Source: a virus. Taken from it: 64,000 bases of DNA. Every line of letters begins with the position of its first letter. Position 1 is the stretch's first letter. The notes below the pieces were generated by a model, which searched no databases, was not told the DNA's origin, and saw only the letters and a list, made by a program, of their open reading frames with translations. The translations under genes and the position numbers were made by a program. The stretch is from IMG/VR virus record IMGVR_UViG_3300008050_000038, positions 4,268-68,267 of that record; one strand, given 5' to 3'. This document shows, one piece after another, positions 1 through 9,714 of this stretch.

Positions 1-2
1 TT

Positions 3-224
3 CCTAATACTCCTGCAGATACTTCTGTAACAGCAACAGCATACGACATGTATACTATTGCAGCTACTAAAGATGGTTCTTCAGCTTCACAGATTCACGG
101 AGTTGATAACTTAATTGAAGTAAACATTGCAATGGACCCAAGTACAGCAGCTATTACAAATTTATTTGAATCTCAAATGAATGGGTATTTAGCTTCAGCT
201 AATTTTGGACCAGTTAACCTATAA
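3..224 (+). CDS. 3' end of a virion structural protein, probably an auxiliary capsid protein (partial, starts before window)
   Basis: Frame 3 is open from the window edge (PNTPADTSVTATAYDMYTIAATK...NLIEVNIAMDP...FGPVNL*) and stops at TAA 222-224. It is not in the ORF track. The product is inferred from its position in the crAss-like capsid/tail block. Confidence 0.6.
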   Translation, partial: PNTPADTSVTATAYDMYTIAATKDGSSASQIHGVDNLIEVNIAMDPSTAAITNLFESQMNGYLASANFGPVNL

Positions 225-250
225 TATTAATATAAAAAAATAAAAATAAA

Positions 251-631
251 ATGGCATATCCAAAATTAATGACAGCAAAAGCAATATATGACTTTTCAGT
301 AGACGGAGGAGCAATTTCAACAATTACTCCTGCAAGTAGTGAGGTTATACCTGCAAACGCAATTATTGTTGACGCAATGACTTGTGTAACTACAGCTTTT
401 ACAAGTGGTGGTACTCCAAGTTTAGCAGTTAAAGCAGGTGGTTTAACTGTAATTTCTGCACAAAACCCTGCGTCACATGCATCTTTAGCAGATGAGAAAG
501 TTACAGTTAACGCTGTGGCGGACAAAACAACTGCTAATGGAGCAATCCAAGTTGTAATTGCTTCAGGAGCACTTACAGCTGGAGTTGTAGAAATCTACGT
601 AACATATTACCAGTCTGATATTTCAGCTTAG
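251..631 (+). CDS. Small beta-rich virion (head decoration/fibre-like) protein
   Basis: 126 aa, Ala/Thr/Val-rich beta-sandwich-like sequence with an A-rich leader, followed directly by a strong terminator as expected for a highly expressed capsid operon. Confidence 0.55.
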   Translation: MAYPKLMTAKAIYDFSVDGGAISTITPASSEVIPANAIIVDAMTCVTTAFTSGGTPSLAVKAGGLTVISAQNPASHASLADEKVTVNAVADKTTANGAIQVVIASGALTAGVVEIYVTYYQSDISA

Positions 632-648
632 TAATTAAACTTTATTAA

Positions 649-691
649 AGACTTATAGGGGGCATTAGTCCCCCTATCGGTCTTTTTTTTT
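649..691 (+). terminator. Rho-independent terminator
   Basis: AGAC-TT-ATAGGGGG-cattagt-CCCCCTAT-CG-GTCT hairpin followed by a run of about 9 T. Confidence 0.9.
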
Positions 692-705
692 AAAATCAAA
701 AACTT

Positions 706-1212
706 ATGGCTTTTAATATAAATGTAGCAAACTCATGTAAAATCCTAGTTGTTAATGGGAAATATTATGATAACACTTCTACTCAAGCAACTATAAAAAT
801 AACACATGTGGCTACTGGAGCAATGATTCCTGTTGTTATGAATTATGATGCAACTACTGGTAGAGGTAAAATTAATGTTCCTGTAGATAATTTACCACAT
901 GCCAATGGAGTATATAGAGCATGTTTAAATGAGCAAGGTATTGAGTACTCATGTAAACCAGTTATTATACATTGTGATATAGACTGTTGTTTAACAAAAT
1001 TAACAAATGAATTAATGGAATGTTCTTGTGATTGTGCAAGATGTTCATCTACATTAGCAAAAGCTCAAAAAATATATTTACTATTAGAAAGCGCAGCTTC
1101 AGCAACTGAAATAGCTTCAGATACACAAAGTGATGCTTATTTTCAAGACATATTAGCTAAATATCAAAAAGCAAGAGAAATTTGTGATAATAACTGCGGT
1201 TGCGACTGCTAA
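706..1212 (+). CDS. Cys-rich structural protein, putative tail hub protein
   Basis: 168 aa with 14 Cys (HCDIDCC, CSCDCARC, CDNNCGCDC). The hub assignment is inferred from position in the crAss-like structural block. Confidence 0.5.
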   Translation: MAFNINVANSCKILVVNGKYYDNTSTQATIKITHVATGAMIPVVMNYDATTGRGKINVPVDNLPHANGVYRACLNEQGIEYSCKPVIIHCDIDCCLTKLTNELMECSCDCARCSSTLAKAQKIYLLLESAASATEIASDTQSDAYFQDILAKYQKAREICDNNCGCDC

Positions 1213-1223
1213 ATAAATAATAC

Positions 1224-4200
1224 ATGGCTGAAGAAGATTCAAGGGAAGTACAGGAAATATATGAACAACTTGATAGCGCTCAAGATTCGCAAACCACATA
1301 TTCAGGAGTTCCAACAGAAGATCTACTTGGACTTTCTCGTGCAGTGTATAGCAACCCCTTATTACCTAAAACAAAAGAAAACTTATCTGCAGGAGCATTT
1401 GTACAAGCTAAAACTTCAAGGGTAACTCCTCAGTTTTCGCCTTCAACTGGTCCTAGATATATTTCTATACAAGCATATAGTGGTAATGCATTAAATGATA
1501 ATAATACATTTACTAGTTTAGGGCTAGATGTAGGACTTCAAATAAGAGTAACAAAAAAACCTGATAATGGTACTGGATGGGATGAAGTAATAGATGTACA
1601 AGATATTACACCTTATGATCCAGCGGATTGGACTGCTTGGAATGGAGTGCCAAATGCAGGATCACTTACTACCACTTCAAGTGCAACTCATATTCATTTA
1701 AGTTATGATCATTTAGCATTTGATGCTTCAGCTAGTAATTACCAATATCATACTGATAGCGGTATATTTGATGTTGATGTTCAAGTAACATTTGCATCTG
1801 GCCATGTAGAAGTATTTACAATACCTTGTCCAGTAGGAGGATATTATTGGCAAGGACTTCAGTATGATACGTGGACTGGTCATGGAATATTAAGACATGA
1901 ACAAGATGTAAGTGCATGCGCAAGTAAAGCAGGAACAGAGTGGTATAGTAAAGGAAAAAACTTTATTCAAGGTCCTAGGCTTGTAGGAGCAGAAACAACT
2001 ATTCTTACAAGAATTGCTCCAGATACAAATTTTAATCCATCAGGAACTTTAGCAGATCGTGGTTATGTATCAAGATTAGATGCAAATGGAAGCACTTATT
2101 TTGAATATGTAAATAGAATTAATTATGATTGGGATGATTTTTTAACTGATACTTACGGTCAAAATGGAATTACAACTGTAGATCAATTTCAAACTTCAAA
2201 ACAAGTAATTAAAAGAATAGATGTACTTGCTCAAGATGGTACATTAGGACTAGGATATACTGATTTAATTGACGGTAAAAACTGGGCATGGTTTCAAGCT
2301 AACTACCAAACTAATTTAAATGGTAGCGGATATGTAGATGATATTTTTACTGCACCTAATGATCCTACATCATATGAAAGCACAGTAAATTCTATAAGAA
2401 ATCAACATCAAATTACTCAGTATTTTACAAGTACTTTTTATTACTCAGAAAATATTACAAGCTGTGCTGCCCCTACATCTACAACATATACTGTTTGTGA
2501 TACTCAAGGTAATCCTAGTTACTATGCAACAACTGGAGTTGATTGTAGTTCAACTACAATACCAACAGCAGATTTACCTGGAGGATCTAATTATACAAAT
2601 GTAACTTATGTTCATGATCCTGCTTGTTGTACTTTATGTACTTTAACAGCTAGTGTTTCCACAGTTGACTCTACAAATGGTGTTAACGATGGAGAAATAC
2701 ATTGGGATGCAACTTCAGGTGGTGTTGCTTCAGGAAATCCTTGGACTAGCGGTAGTGAGTATACAGTAACTATTACAAACTCATCAGGTACTGCAGTAGG
2801 GTATCAACCACCAACAGGAGGTAATACTTTTACTAACGCTACTTGTGATACTACAAATAATTCAAGTTTAGTAACTTGTAACTCAACTATAAATATAAAA
2901 CCAGGTATGCAAGTATCTGGTACTGGTATACCAACTAATACTTATGTTGGTATTATTACAACTGGTACAGTTGGTATAAATGTACAAGAATTTCAATTAG
3001 TAGATACACTAGGAAACATAGTTGATGCTACTGCTACAAATACAAACGAAACATTAACATTTGCAACAGGTCATACATCTATACATGGAGGACTAGCTGC
3101 AAATACTGTTGCTAACCCATTTTATACTGTATGTATAACTGATCAAGACGGATGTCAAGAGTGTAGTAGTGTAGTTGTTAATGAAAACCCAGTTATAACT
3201 ACTTATGGATGTACTGATGCAAGTGCAGTTAACTATGACCCTAATGCAACAATTAGTAATAATTCTTGTGTAACATGTAATTCAACTAATGGTTTATTAG
3301 AAGATCCTGTAAGTATTAATGTATCTCCTACTTGGGGGAATTTTGTTTCTTCACAGTCATCAGCTACTGAAAATAGTGCGTGTTCTACATGGAATAGTGA
3401 TGGTGTATTAAATGTTTCAGCAGCTCCATTATTTCCTCTTTATTTAGAATGGGATGCAAATTCTAAATTTGAGATACTATTATATAAAGTAGTTAATAAT
3501 GGAGATACCTCAACAAGCACTGGAGCAGCACAAATAGGAGGAACAATAAATGCAGGTACTCTTAATAATGTATCTGTAGCAGCACATGCATTTACAGGTT
3601 TAGATTATGGTTACTATTCTATAAGATTTAGATATGTAGACAGTAATACTACTTCTACAATGGAAGATTGTTGGAGTGAGTTTGGTGCGATAGTAAAAGC
3701 ACAAGTTTGTAATGATCCAAAAAATGTTTCATATTGTGGTACTCCTTCAGATCCTTTATTAAGAGATCCTCAATCTAATTTATGTACACCAACACCTCCA
3801 CAATGTTGTAATGTATCTACTTTATTATTAGAAGATTTAACTATAGCTGGTCCTTGTGGTGGACAACAAATTGAAACTACTATAGATTGTGATCCAGCAT
3901 GGAATGTAGATATTCAATGGTTATATAGCCCTACAGGAGCAACATATACTAGTCTTGGAACTTATAGTATGGGGTTTGTTTCAGGCGGACCAATTCCAAT
4001 ATATGCTTACAGTAACAATGATACTGCTAACGGAACAAATTGGTTTGCAACAAACGGTAGTGGATTTTATAAAGTAATATTAACTGGAACATTACCAGGC
4101 GCAAATCCATGTGTTACAGAAGAGTTTGCTTCATTTACAGCTCCTATTATAGGCTGTATGGATGTTGCAGCACATAATTATGACCCTACAGCAGTATGTC

Positions 4201-5669
4201 CAGGAACTTGTGCATACCCTTCATATGATTGTGATCCAAATACTGGTAATTGTATAGATCCTTGGAATGGAACTTTAACTGGATATACACCTGGAACTTA
4301 CAACTGTTTAACTGGACCAGGATGTTGTAATTCATATTGTTCACCCCCTGTTGTAATGGGATGTACAGATTCTTGTGCTGCTAATTATGATCCTAATGCA
4401 ACTCAAGATGATGGTTCATGTATGTATACTGCATGTTTACATTGGCCTTCTACAAATCAATATCAAAATTGTTGTAACAATAATTATTATCCTCTTTCAC
4501 AAATTATAGGAGCAGATAACTCTTGTTGTATAATGCCGTGTGCAACACCAAATACACTTTCATATACAATTACAGATAGTACTTCAACATGTACTACATT
4601 TAACAATGACGGATCAGTATCTGTTTCAGTAGTTTTAAATTTTTCAAATACAGCTACTTGGACTTTTGAAATATATGAAAACAATCAAACAACATTAATA
4701 TATACAGACCCAGTAACATATACAGGAAATACAACATCAAATGTATATTCACAATTAGGAAGTGGTAACTACTGGGGGGTAGTAACTGATAGTTATGGAT
4801 GTCATACAGGAATGGCTTTTACTATTAATAGTAATAATCCACTCGTAGGATGTACTGATCCAAATGCAGATAATTATAATCCATTAGCAGTTTGTGATTG
4901 TTGTTGTCAAGTTCAAGGGTGTTTAGATCCTAACGCATCAAACTTTAATCCAAATGCAAATATTCCTGGACAGTGTGATTATATATTACCACCTCCTAGT
5001 CCTTGTATTCCTCCAAGTTTAGACGAAGCTAAAATAAAAATAAAAGCATGTCTTAATAAAAAAGGAACAGATTGGTTAAATGATTATAAAGTAGGTAGAG
5101 CAGATGACTGTTCGTTAATGGATCAATGGAAATTGATTTTAGTTGATTATTTAGTAGATCAAGATATATCTTGTTTATATAATTGTCAAGACTTAGAAAC
5201 ACCTTCACCAACAATAGCTCAAAATTGTAATGATATTTGGGTTCAAGGTGGACCAAGTACAGGTATAAATCATCAATCAGCACACGCAGGAGCAAGCGTA
5301 ATAAATGCAGGAGAAGGAACAACAGTTACAGCATATGATAATTTTCCTACTGGATGGTTTGGAGTATCCCCTCTTTCTAATCCAGCAAATAATTTTACAT
5401 ATGTAGGAGATGTAATTAAATTTGATCTTCCATCTGGTCATCCTTTAGCTGCTTGGCTAAACGGAACAATATGGACATTGACAACTCCTAGTTCGTTCCC
5501 ATCTGGAATACACAATGGATGTTCGACTCAAAAAATACAACATTATACTCAATGTTTAGATATGAATACAATAAGCATAACTACAAATATTAATTATTAC
5601 GATAATTTTATTAACTTTGTAAACAAATTTTGTGCAGACTGTAATATATCTATACTAAATACAAAATAA
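1224..5669 (+). CDS. Large Cys-rich virion protein with SprB-like and GCTD repeats (adhesin/fibre with hub-like C-terminus)
   Basis: 1481 aa with no signal peptide. It has GC[TML]DxxAxN[YF]xPxA repeats, SprB-like units (LGSGNYWGVVTDSYGC, YTVCITDQDGC) and a helical Cys-containing C-terminus (FVNKFCADC). Confidence 0.65.
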   Translation: MAEEDSREVQEIYEQLDSAQDSQTTYSGVPTEDLLGLSRAVYSNPLLPKTKENLSAGAFVQAKTSRVTPQFSPSTGPRYISIQAYSGNALNDNNTFTSLGLDVGLQIRVTKKPDNGTGWDEVIDVQDITPYDPADWTAWNGVPNAGSLTTTSSATHIHLSYDHLAFDASASNYQYHTDSGIFDVDVQVTFASGHVEVFTIPCPVGGYYWQGLQYDTWTGHGILRHEQDVSACASKAGTEWYSKGKNFIQGPRLVGAETTILTRIAPDTNFNPSGTLADRGYVSRLDANGSTYFEYVNRINYDWDDFLTDTYGQNGITTVDQFQTSKQVIKRIDVLAQDGTLGLGYTDLIDGKNWAWFQANYQTNLNGSGYVDDIFTAPNDPTSYESTVNSIRNQHQITQYFTSTFYYSENITSCAAPTSTTYTVCDTQGNPSYYATTGVDCSSTTIPTADLPGGSNYTNVTYVHDPACCTLCTLTASVSTVDSTNGVNDGEIHWDATSGGVASGNPWTSGSEYTVTITNSSGTAVGYQPPTGGNTFTNATCDTTNNSSLVTCNSTINIKPGMQVSGTGIPTNTYVGIITTGTVGINVQEFQLVDTLGNIVDATATNTNETLTFATGHTSIHGGLAANTVANPFYTVCITDQDGCQECSSVVVNENPVITTYGCTDASAVNYDPNATISNNSCVTCNSTNGLLEDPVSINVSPTWGNFVSSQSSATENSACSTWNSDGVLNVSAAPLFPLYLEWDANSKFEILLYKVVNNGDTSTSTGAAQIGGTINAGTLNNVSVAAHAFTGLDYGYYSIRFRYVDSNTTSTMEDCWSEFGAIVKAQVCNDPKNVSYCGTPSDPLLRDPQSNLCTPTPPQCCNVSTLLLEDLTIAGPCGGQQIETTIDCDPAWNVDIQWLYSPTGATYTSLGTYSMGFVSGGPIPIYAYSNNDTANGTNWFATNGSGFYKVILTGTLPGANPCVTEEFASFTAPIIGCMDVAAHNYDPTAVCPGTCAYPSYDCDPNTGNCIDPWNGTLTGYTPGTYNCLTGPGCCNSYCSPPVVMGCTDSCAANYDPNATQDDGSCMYTACLHWPSTNQYQNCCNNNYYPLSQIIGADNSCCIMPCATPNTLSYTITDSTSTCTTFNNDGSVSVSVVLNFSNTATWTFEIYENNQTTLIYTDPVTYTGNTTSNVYSQLGSGNYWGVVTDSYGCHTGMAFTINSNNPLVGCTDPNADNYNPLAVCDCCCQVQGCLDPNASNFNPNANIPGQCDYILPPPSPCIPPSLDEAKIKIKACLNKKGTDWLNDYKVGRADDCSLMDQWKLILVDYLVDQDISCLYNCQDLETPSPTIAQNCNDIWVQGGPSTGINHQSAHAGASVINAGEGTTVTAYDNFPTGWFGVSPLSNPANNFTYVGDVIKFDLPSGHPLAAWLNGTIWTLTTPSSFPSGIHNGCSTQKIQHYTQCLDMNTISITTNINYYDNFINFVNKFCADCNISILNTK

Positions 5670-5683
5670 AAAATAGTTAAAAA

Positions 5684-7108
5684 ATGGCAACTAATAAAAA
5701 TATATACAGTTTAGGATCACTTGTAAAAACAAGTGTAGATGATTATGATTATCTAGAAACAGCTAATAGTGTAACTGATGCAGTTAAGAAATTGCAAGTA
5801 AGTTCATTATTTGCTTCGTTAGCTACTACAGGTACAAGTAGTGAAAGTTTATATGTAAACATAACAAATAAAAATCAATTAAATTTTAAAGGAATAAAAA
5901 GTGGAGATACAGGGTTATTAACTGTAGAGACTACTTCTAATAATATAGTATTAACAGCTTTAGAAGCCGGAATAGATTTAGATTTATGTAATAATGCAAA
6001 TGCATCATTTTTAAAATCTATTGATTTTACAGGAACTATTACAGGTCAAAACTCTGTAATCAATGGTGGAACAGGGTTAGCTACAATAGCAAAAGGAGCA
6101 ATGTTATACGCAAGTGCTACAGATACTATAGCTGCAACCTCAGCAATGTCTACAAACGGACAATTACTTATTGGTAACGCAACAACAGGAGTTCCTTCTT
6201 TGGCAACTCTTACTGCAGGAAGTAATATGACAATTACTAATACAGCTGGAGCAATCTCTTTAGCAGCTACCTTATCAACTGCAACAGCTAATTTAGATAT
6301 GGGTGATTACGATATTGATCTAGGTACAGGATGGTTAAGTGGTAATGGTAGTCATGAAGGTATCAATATTGATTCTGATGGTAAAGTATTTGTAGGAGAA
6401 GATACTCCTACAGCAGTTTTTGCAGAAGCATTAAATGTAAAAGGAAGTATTAGGTTTTTAAATACTGATGCACCTACAATAAAACCTACAGCTACATCAA
6501 GTTCAACTGCAGGATTAGCTTTGACATTAGAAAGTGGAAGTAGTGCTTCTGGTGCAGCTGGTAATTTAAATTTAACTGCTGGTACAGCATCAGGAAGTGC
6601 AGCAGGAGGTAGTGTAATTGTTACAGCAGGTAGAGATACATCTGGTTCTTCTGATGGCGATATACAATTAAAAACATATACAGGAGGTACAGCAACAGCT
6701 GGACTAACAATTGCGTCTGAAGGACAAGATGTAACAGTTAATACAGGTAACTTAGTTATAACTGGAGCTACAAAAGGAATTACATATACAAACAGAGGAA
6801 CAGTTACACAATCTGAAAATCATTCAGTAGGAGTTACAATTAATTCAACTGCAGGAGTAATAACATTAGCAGCTGTGGCTTTAGGAGCAGCTCAAAATGC
6901 AGAATTTACTGTAACGAATAGTACAGTAACTGCTAACTCAATTATTATGTTAACAGTGCAAGATGAGAATACAACTAATAATGCACAGTTAACTGCAGCT
7001 ACACATACAATAGGGAGTGGTAGTTTTAAAATATCAATATTTAATCCAGCAGCTACTGGATCAACCTCAACAACAGCAAGTAAAATTCACTTTTTAGTGA
7101 TAAATTAA
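5684..7108 (+). CDS. Tail fibre/spike protein
   Basis: 474 aa, Gly/Ala/Thr/Ser-rich, with the NGGTG..KGAMLYAS and NGQLLIGN motifs typical of phage fibres. Confidence 0.7.
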   Translation: MATNKNIYSLGSLVKTSVDDYDYLETANSVTDAVKKLQVSSLFASLATTGTSSESLYVNITNKNQLNFKGIKSGDTGLLTVETTSNNIVLTALEAGIDLDLCNNANASFLKSIDFTGTITGQNSVINGGTGLATIAKGAMLYASATDTIAATSAMSTNGQLLIGNATTGVPSLATLTAGSNMTITNTAGAISLAATLSTATANLDMGDYDIDLGTGWLSGNGSHEGINIDSDGKVFVGEDTPTAVFAEALNVKGSIRFLNTDAPTIKPTATSSSTAGLALTLESGSSASGAAGNLNLTAGTASGSAAGGSVIVTAGRDTSGSSDGDIQLKTYTGGTATAGLTIASEGQDVTVNTGNLVITGATKGITYTNRGTVTQSENHSVGVTINSTAGVITLAAVALGAAQNAEFTVTNSTVTANSIIMLTVQDENTTNNAQLTAATHTIGSGSFKISIFNPAATGSTSTTASKIHFLVIN

Positions 7109-7131
7109 TATTAACCAAACCAAAATAGACA

Positions 7132-7569
7132 ATGGAAACAAAAACAATTAGTACAACCAAAATGATTAATGCACCAAAAAAAGACTTTATATCTTTAATT
7201 AATGGATTATTTTCAGTTCAAGAATTAAAAGGTAAAAAGTTTGGATTAGTAGTAAGTAAGAATATTGAAATTCTTAGAGAATCTTTAAAAGAACTAGAAA
7301 CAGCAGGGCAACCTACTGAAGAGTTTATGGCATTAGCTACAGAAGTAAATGCAATAGCTGAAGCAAATGAAGAAGGAGCTAAAGAAAAAATACAACAAAT
7401 TGAAAAAGATAATCAAGAATTAGTTGACGCAAGAAGAGCTCAAATGGATGCTTTAACAGAAAAAATGAAAGAAGAAATTGAGATTGAACTTAATGTTATT
7501 TCAGAAGATCTTTTACCAGAAGACATAACAGCTAAGCAGATTAATCAAATAATAAAAATAACAGAATAA
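7132..7569 (+). CDS. Acidic helical protein, possible fibre assembly chaperone
   Basis: 145 aa, Glu-rich coiled coil, directly after a fibre gene. Confidence 0.45.
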   Translation: METKTISTTKMINAPKKDFISLINGLFSVQELKGKKFGLVVSKNIEILRESLKELETAGQPTEEFMALATEVNAIAEANEEGAKEKIQQIEKDNQELVDARRAQMDALTEKMKEEIEIELNVISEDLLPEDITAKQINQIIKITE

Positions 7570-7576
7570 AGGGTAA

Positions 7577-8653
7577 GTGAAAAGAGTATTAATCATATTG
7601 GTAGCTATATTATGTATAGCGGGAACTGTTACAGGACAGTCTATTTTAAAAAAGCAATTAAAATTTGCTACATTTTATGGGGCTGTTAATGGAGGTACAT
7701 CTATATCTGATGTAGAAACATTTTCTGTAACTCCTGGATATTTAAATACAGAGTTAATTGAAACTCCATATGATTATTCTCTTACACTAGGTATAAGAAA
7801 AATAGCTAGATTTGGATATGAAAATAGAGCTTCTACTTTTTACGATGGAACAGAATCTAATTATACAGATGCAGCAACAGTAGGTAAAGTTCAAGGGTTT
7901 GAATATTTATTTGAAGTTGATTATTCTAGACAACAAGGTGTTGATTATATAAATCAACATCATTTCATTAGATATAGTTCTGATGACGATTGTGATGGTC
8001 CTTTATGCATAAATCAATTTGCTGCTAAAGTAGAATATGTAAAAGATGGATTTGCTGACGTAGAATATTTTGAATTATCAGAAAGATATAGATGGAAGAA
8101 AAATAGAAATCTTTCTTTTAGTGTAGGGGCGGCACATAGATTAGCAGAACCATATGGATATGATCCTTTAGATGAGTGGTTATTAGATAATGGTAATTTA
8201 CATTATACTTATTTAGCAATACAAGAAGGATATAATGTAGATGTGTATAATAATGTATATACTGATCCTAGTGGTAATATAGTAGCTAATAGTTCAGATG
8301 TTTGGAAAGAAGTAGTAATACCACAAGTATTATCTGATTATACAGATAAAAAAAGAAATGAATTATCAAATATAATACAACACTCAATTGTTTTAGGGTT
8401 TGATTATTACAAGTATAAGAAAAAAACATGGTTACACGCATGGGGTAACTTTATGCCTTATCATTATGATAATGGTGGTGATTTTTCATATCACAATTAT
8501 GTAGATGGGCAATGGATGGATTATTCTGGAGGTTTAATTTATGGTATAAAAATAAATAAAAGTTTAGGATATTTTGTAGAAGGAAAATATAACAAGTACT
8601 GGAACAGAGAGTGGTACGATTTTAAATTAGGAATTAATTATATAATATTTTAA
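7577..8653 (+). CDS. Outer-membrane beta-barrel protein
   Basis: GTG start. Sec signal peptide MKRVLIILVAILCIAGTVTG|Q, alternating aromatic beta-strands, and a C-terminal BAM-type signal YDFKLGINYIIF ending in Phe. Confidence 0.75.
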   Translation: MKRVLIILVAILCIAGTVTGQSILKKQLKFATFYGAVNGGTSISDVETFSVTPGYLNTELIETPYDYSLTLGIRKIARFGYENRASTFYDGTESNYTDAATVGKVQGFEYLFEVDYSRQQGVDYINQHHFIRYSSDDDCDGPLCINQFAAKVEYVKDGFADVEYFELSERYRWKKNRNLSFSVGAAHRLAEPYGYDPLDEWLLDNGNLHYTYLAIQEGYNVDVYNNVYTDPSGNIVANSSDVWKEVVIPQVLSDYTDKKRNELSNIIQHSIVLGFDYYKYKKKTWLHAWGNFMPYHYDNGGDFSYHNYVDGQWMDYSGGLIYGIKINKSLGYFVEGKYNKYWNREWYDFKLGINYIIF

Positions 8654-8664
8654 AAATAAAAAAA

Positions 8665-8835
8665 ATGAATTGGATTAATAGTTGGGCTAAAGGTAATAAA
8701 AAAGAAAAATACGAAGTATCTATAAGATTAGGAAGAATAACATTATTAGAAGCTAAAGTTTGTTTGTTTTGTACAAAAGGATGTAGTTCAAAAAAAGTAA
8801 GACTTATAGTATTAAATTTTGGGTTTGAAATATAA
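8665..8835 (+). CDS. Small 56-aa protein (not in ORF track)
   Basis: MNWINSWAKGNKKEKYEVSIRLGRITLLEAKVCLFCTKGCSSKKVRLIVLNFGFEI*. It has an A-rich leader, fills the gap exactly and overlaps the next gene by TAATG. Confidence 0.7.
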   Translation: MNWINSWAKGNKKEKYEVSIRLGRITLLEAKVCLFCTKGCSSKKVRLIVLNFGFEI

Positions 8836-9071
8836 TGTCAATGAAAAAAGACATATCATTAATGGAGCATAGAATGAATTCAATGGAAGATAAATTAGAT
8901 AAAATGGATGAGAAGTTAGATATGATAACGGAGAGGCTTTTAGATCCTGATTCAGGAGTAACTGCTCGGGTGAATAGAAATACTACTCATCGTAAAGTAA
9001 TGGGTAAAGCTTTGTGGGTTATCTATGCTGTAGTGATAGGAGTAGTTATTAAATTGATATGGAATGGGTAG
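8835..9071 (+). CDS. Coiled-coil protein with one C-terminal TM helix (holin/XhlA-like)
   Basis: 78 aa; heptad segment MEDKLDKMDEKLD followed by TM ALWVIYAVVIGVVIKLIW. Confidence 0.55.
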   Translation: MSMKKDISLMEHRMNSMEDKLDKMDEKLDMITERLLDPDSGVTARVNRNTTHRKVMGKALWVIYAVVIGVVIKLIWNG

Positions 9072-9345
9072 AGAATTAAATGAAGATAGTGGATTTAAAG
9101 TAAGTATTAAAACACTTATAGCAATTGGTGCTGCTATGGCTACAGTTATTAGTATGTGGTTTATGTTACAAGCTGATATTGAAGAAGCTAAGAAATTGCC
9201 AGAGCCTCCCCCTCAAGACGTAACAAGAATGGAGTTTGACATGAAAGATCAAATGATACGTAATACTATTATGACAACTCAAAAAGATGTAGAGGAAATT
9301 AAAGAATCTATGGAGAAAATAGAAGATAAACTTTATAACAGATAA
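9064..9345 (+). CDS. Single-pass membrane protein with periplasmic coiled coil
   Basis: 93 aa; N-terminal TM (LIAIGAAMATVISMWFML), Pro linker, then coiled coil. Confidence 0.6.
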   Translation: MGRELNEDSGFKVSIKTLIAIGAAMATVISMWFMLQADIEEAKKLPEPPPQDVTRMEFDMKDQMIRNTIMTTQKDVEEIKESMEKIEDKLYNR

Positions 9346-9713
9346 TGGAAGATAAAGCTGATAATATAACTTGGAAAGTTTTTGGATTTTATATATTAAT
9401 AATAGTTTTAATGTTAACATCTAATCTTGCTTTTAGTCAAATATCAGTATCTCAGTTTAATGCTGATTGGAATAAAGCTAATTCTGTTAAATGGATAGAT
9501 AAATTAAAAGATGTTAAAACTTTATCTTATGTAGATATTAGTACTAGTCCTGCAATACAGAAGAAGCATAAAATAGCAGTTATACCTACTATTATAATAT
9601 TTAAAGACGGTGAGGAAGTTGCTAGATTTCAAGCTGATCTTAGTTTCAAAATGCTAGCAACAAGAGAAGAAGTACAAGAAGAAATAGATAATCAATTAAT
9701 GAGCGATTTTTAA
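9345..9713 (+). CDS. Exported thioredoxin-fold protein lacking CxxC
   Basis: Signal/TM segment ending NLAFS|Q. QFNADWNKAN replaces the WCxxC site, and IAVIPTIIIFKDGEEVARF is the classic thioredoxin C-terminal motif. The protein has no Cys. Confidence 0.75.
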   Translation: MEDKADNITWKVFGFYILIIVLMLTSNLAFSQISVSQFNADWNKANSVKWIDKLKDVKTLSYVDISTSPAIQKKHKIAVIPTIIIFKDGEEVARFQADLSFKMLATREEVQEEIDNQLMSDF

Positions 9714-9714
9714 A

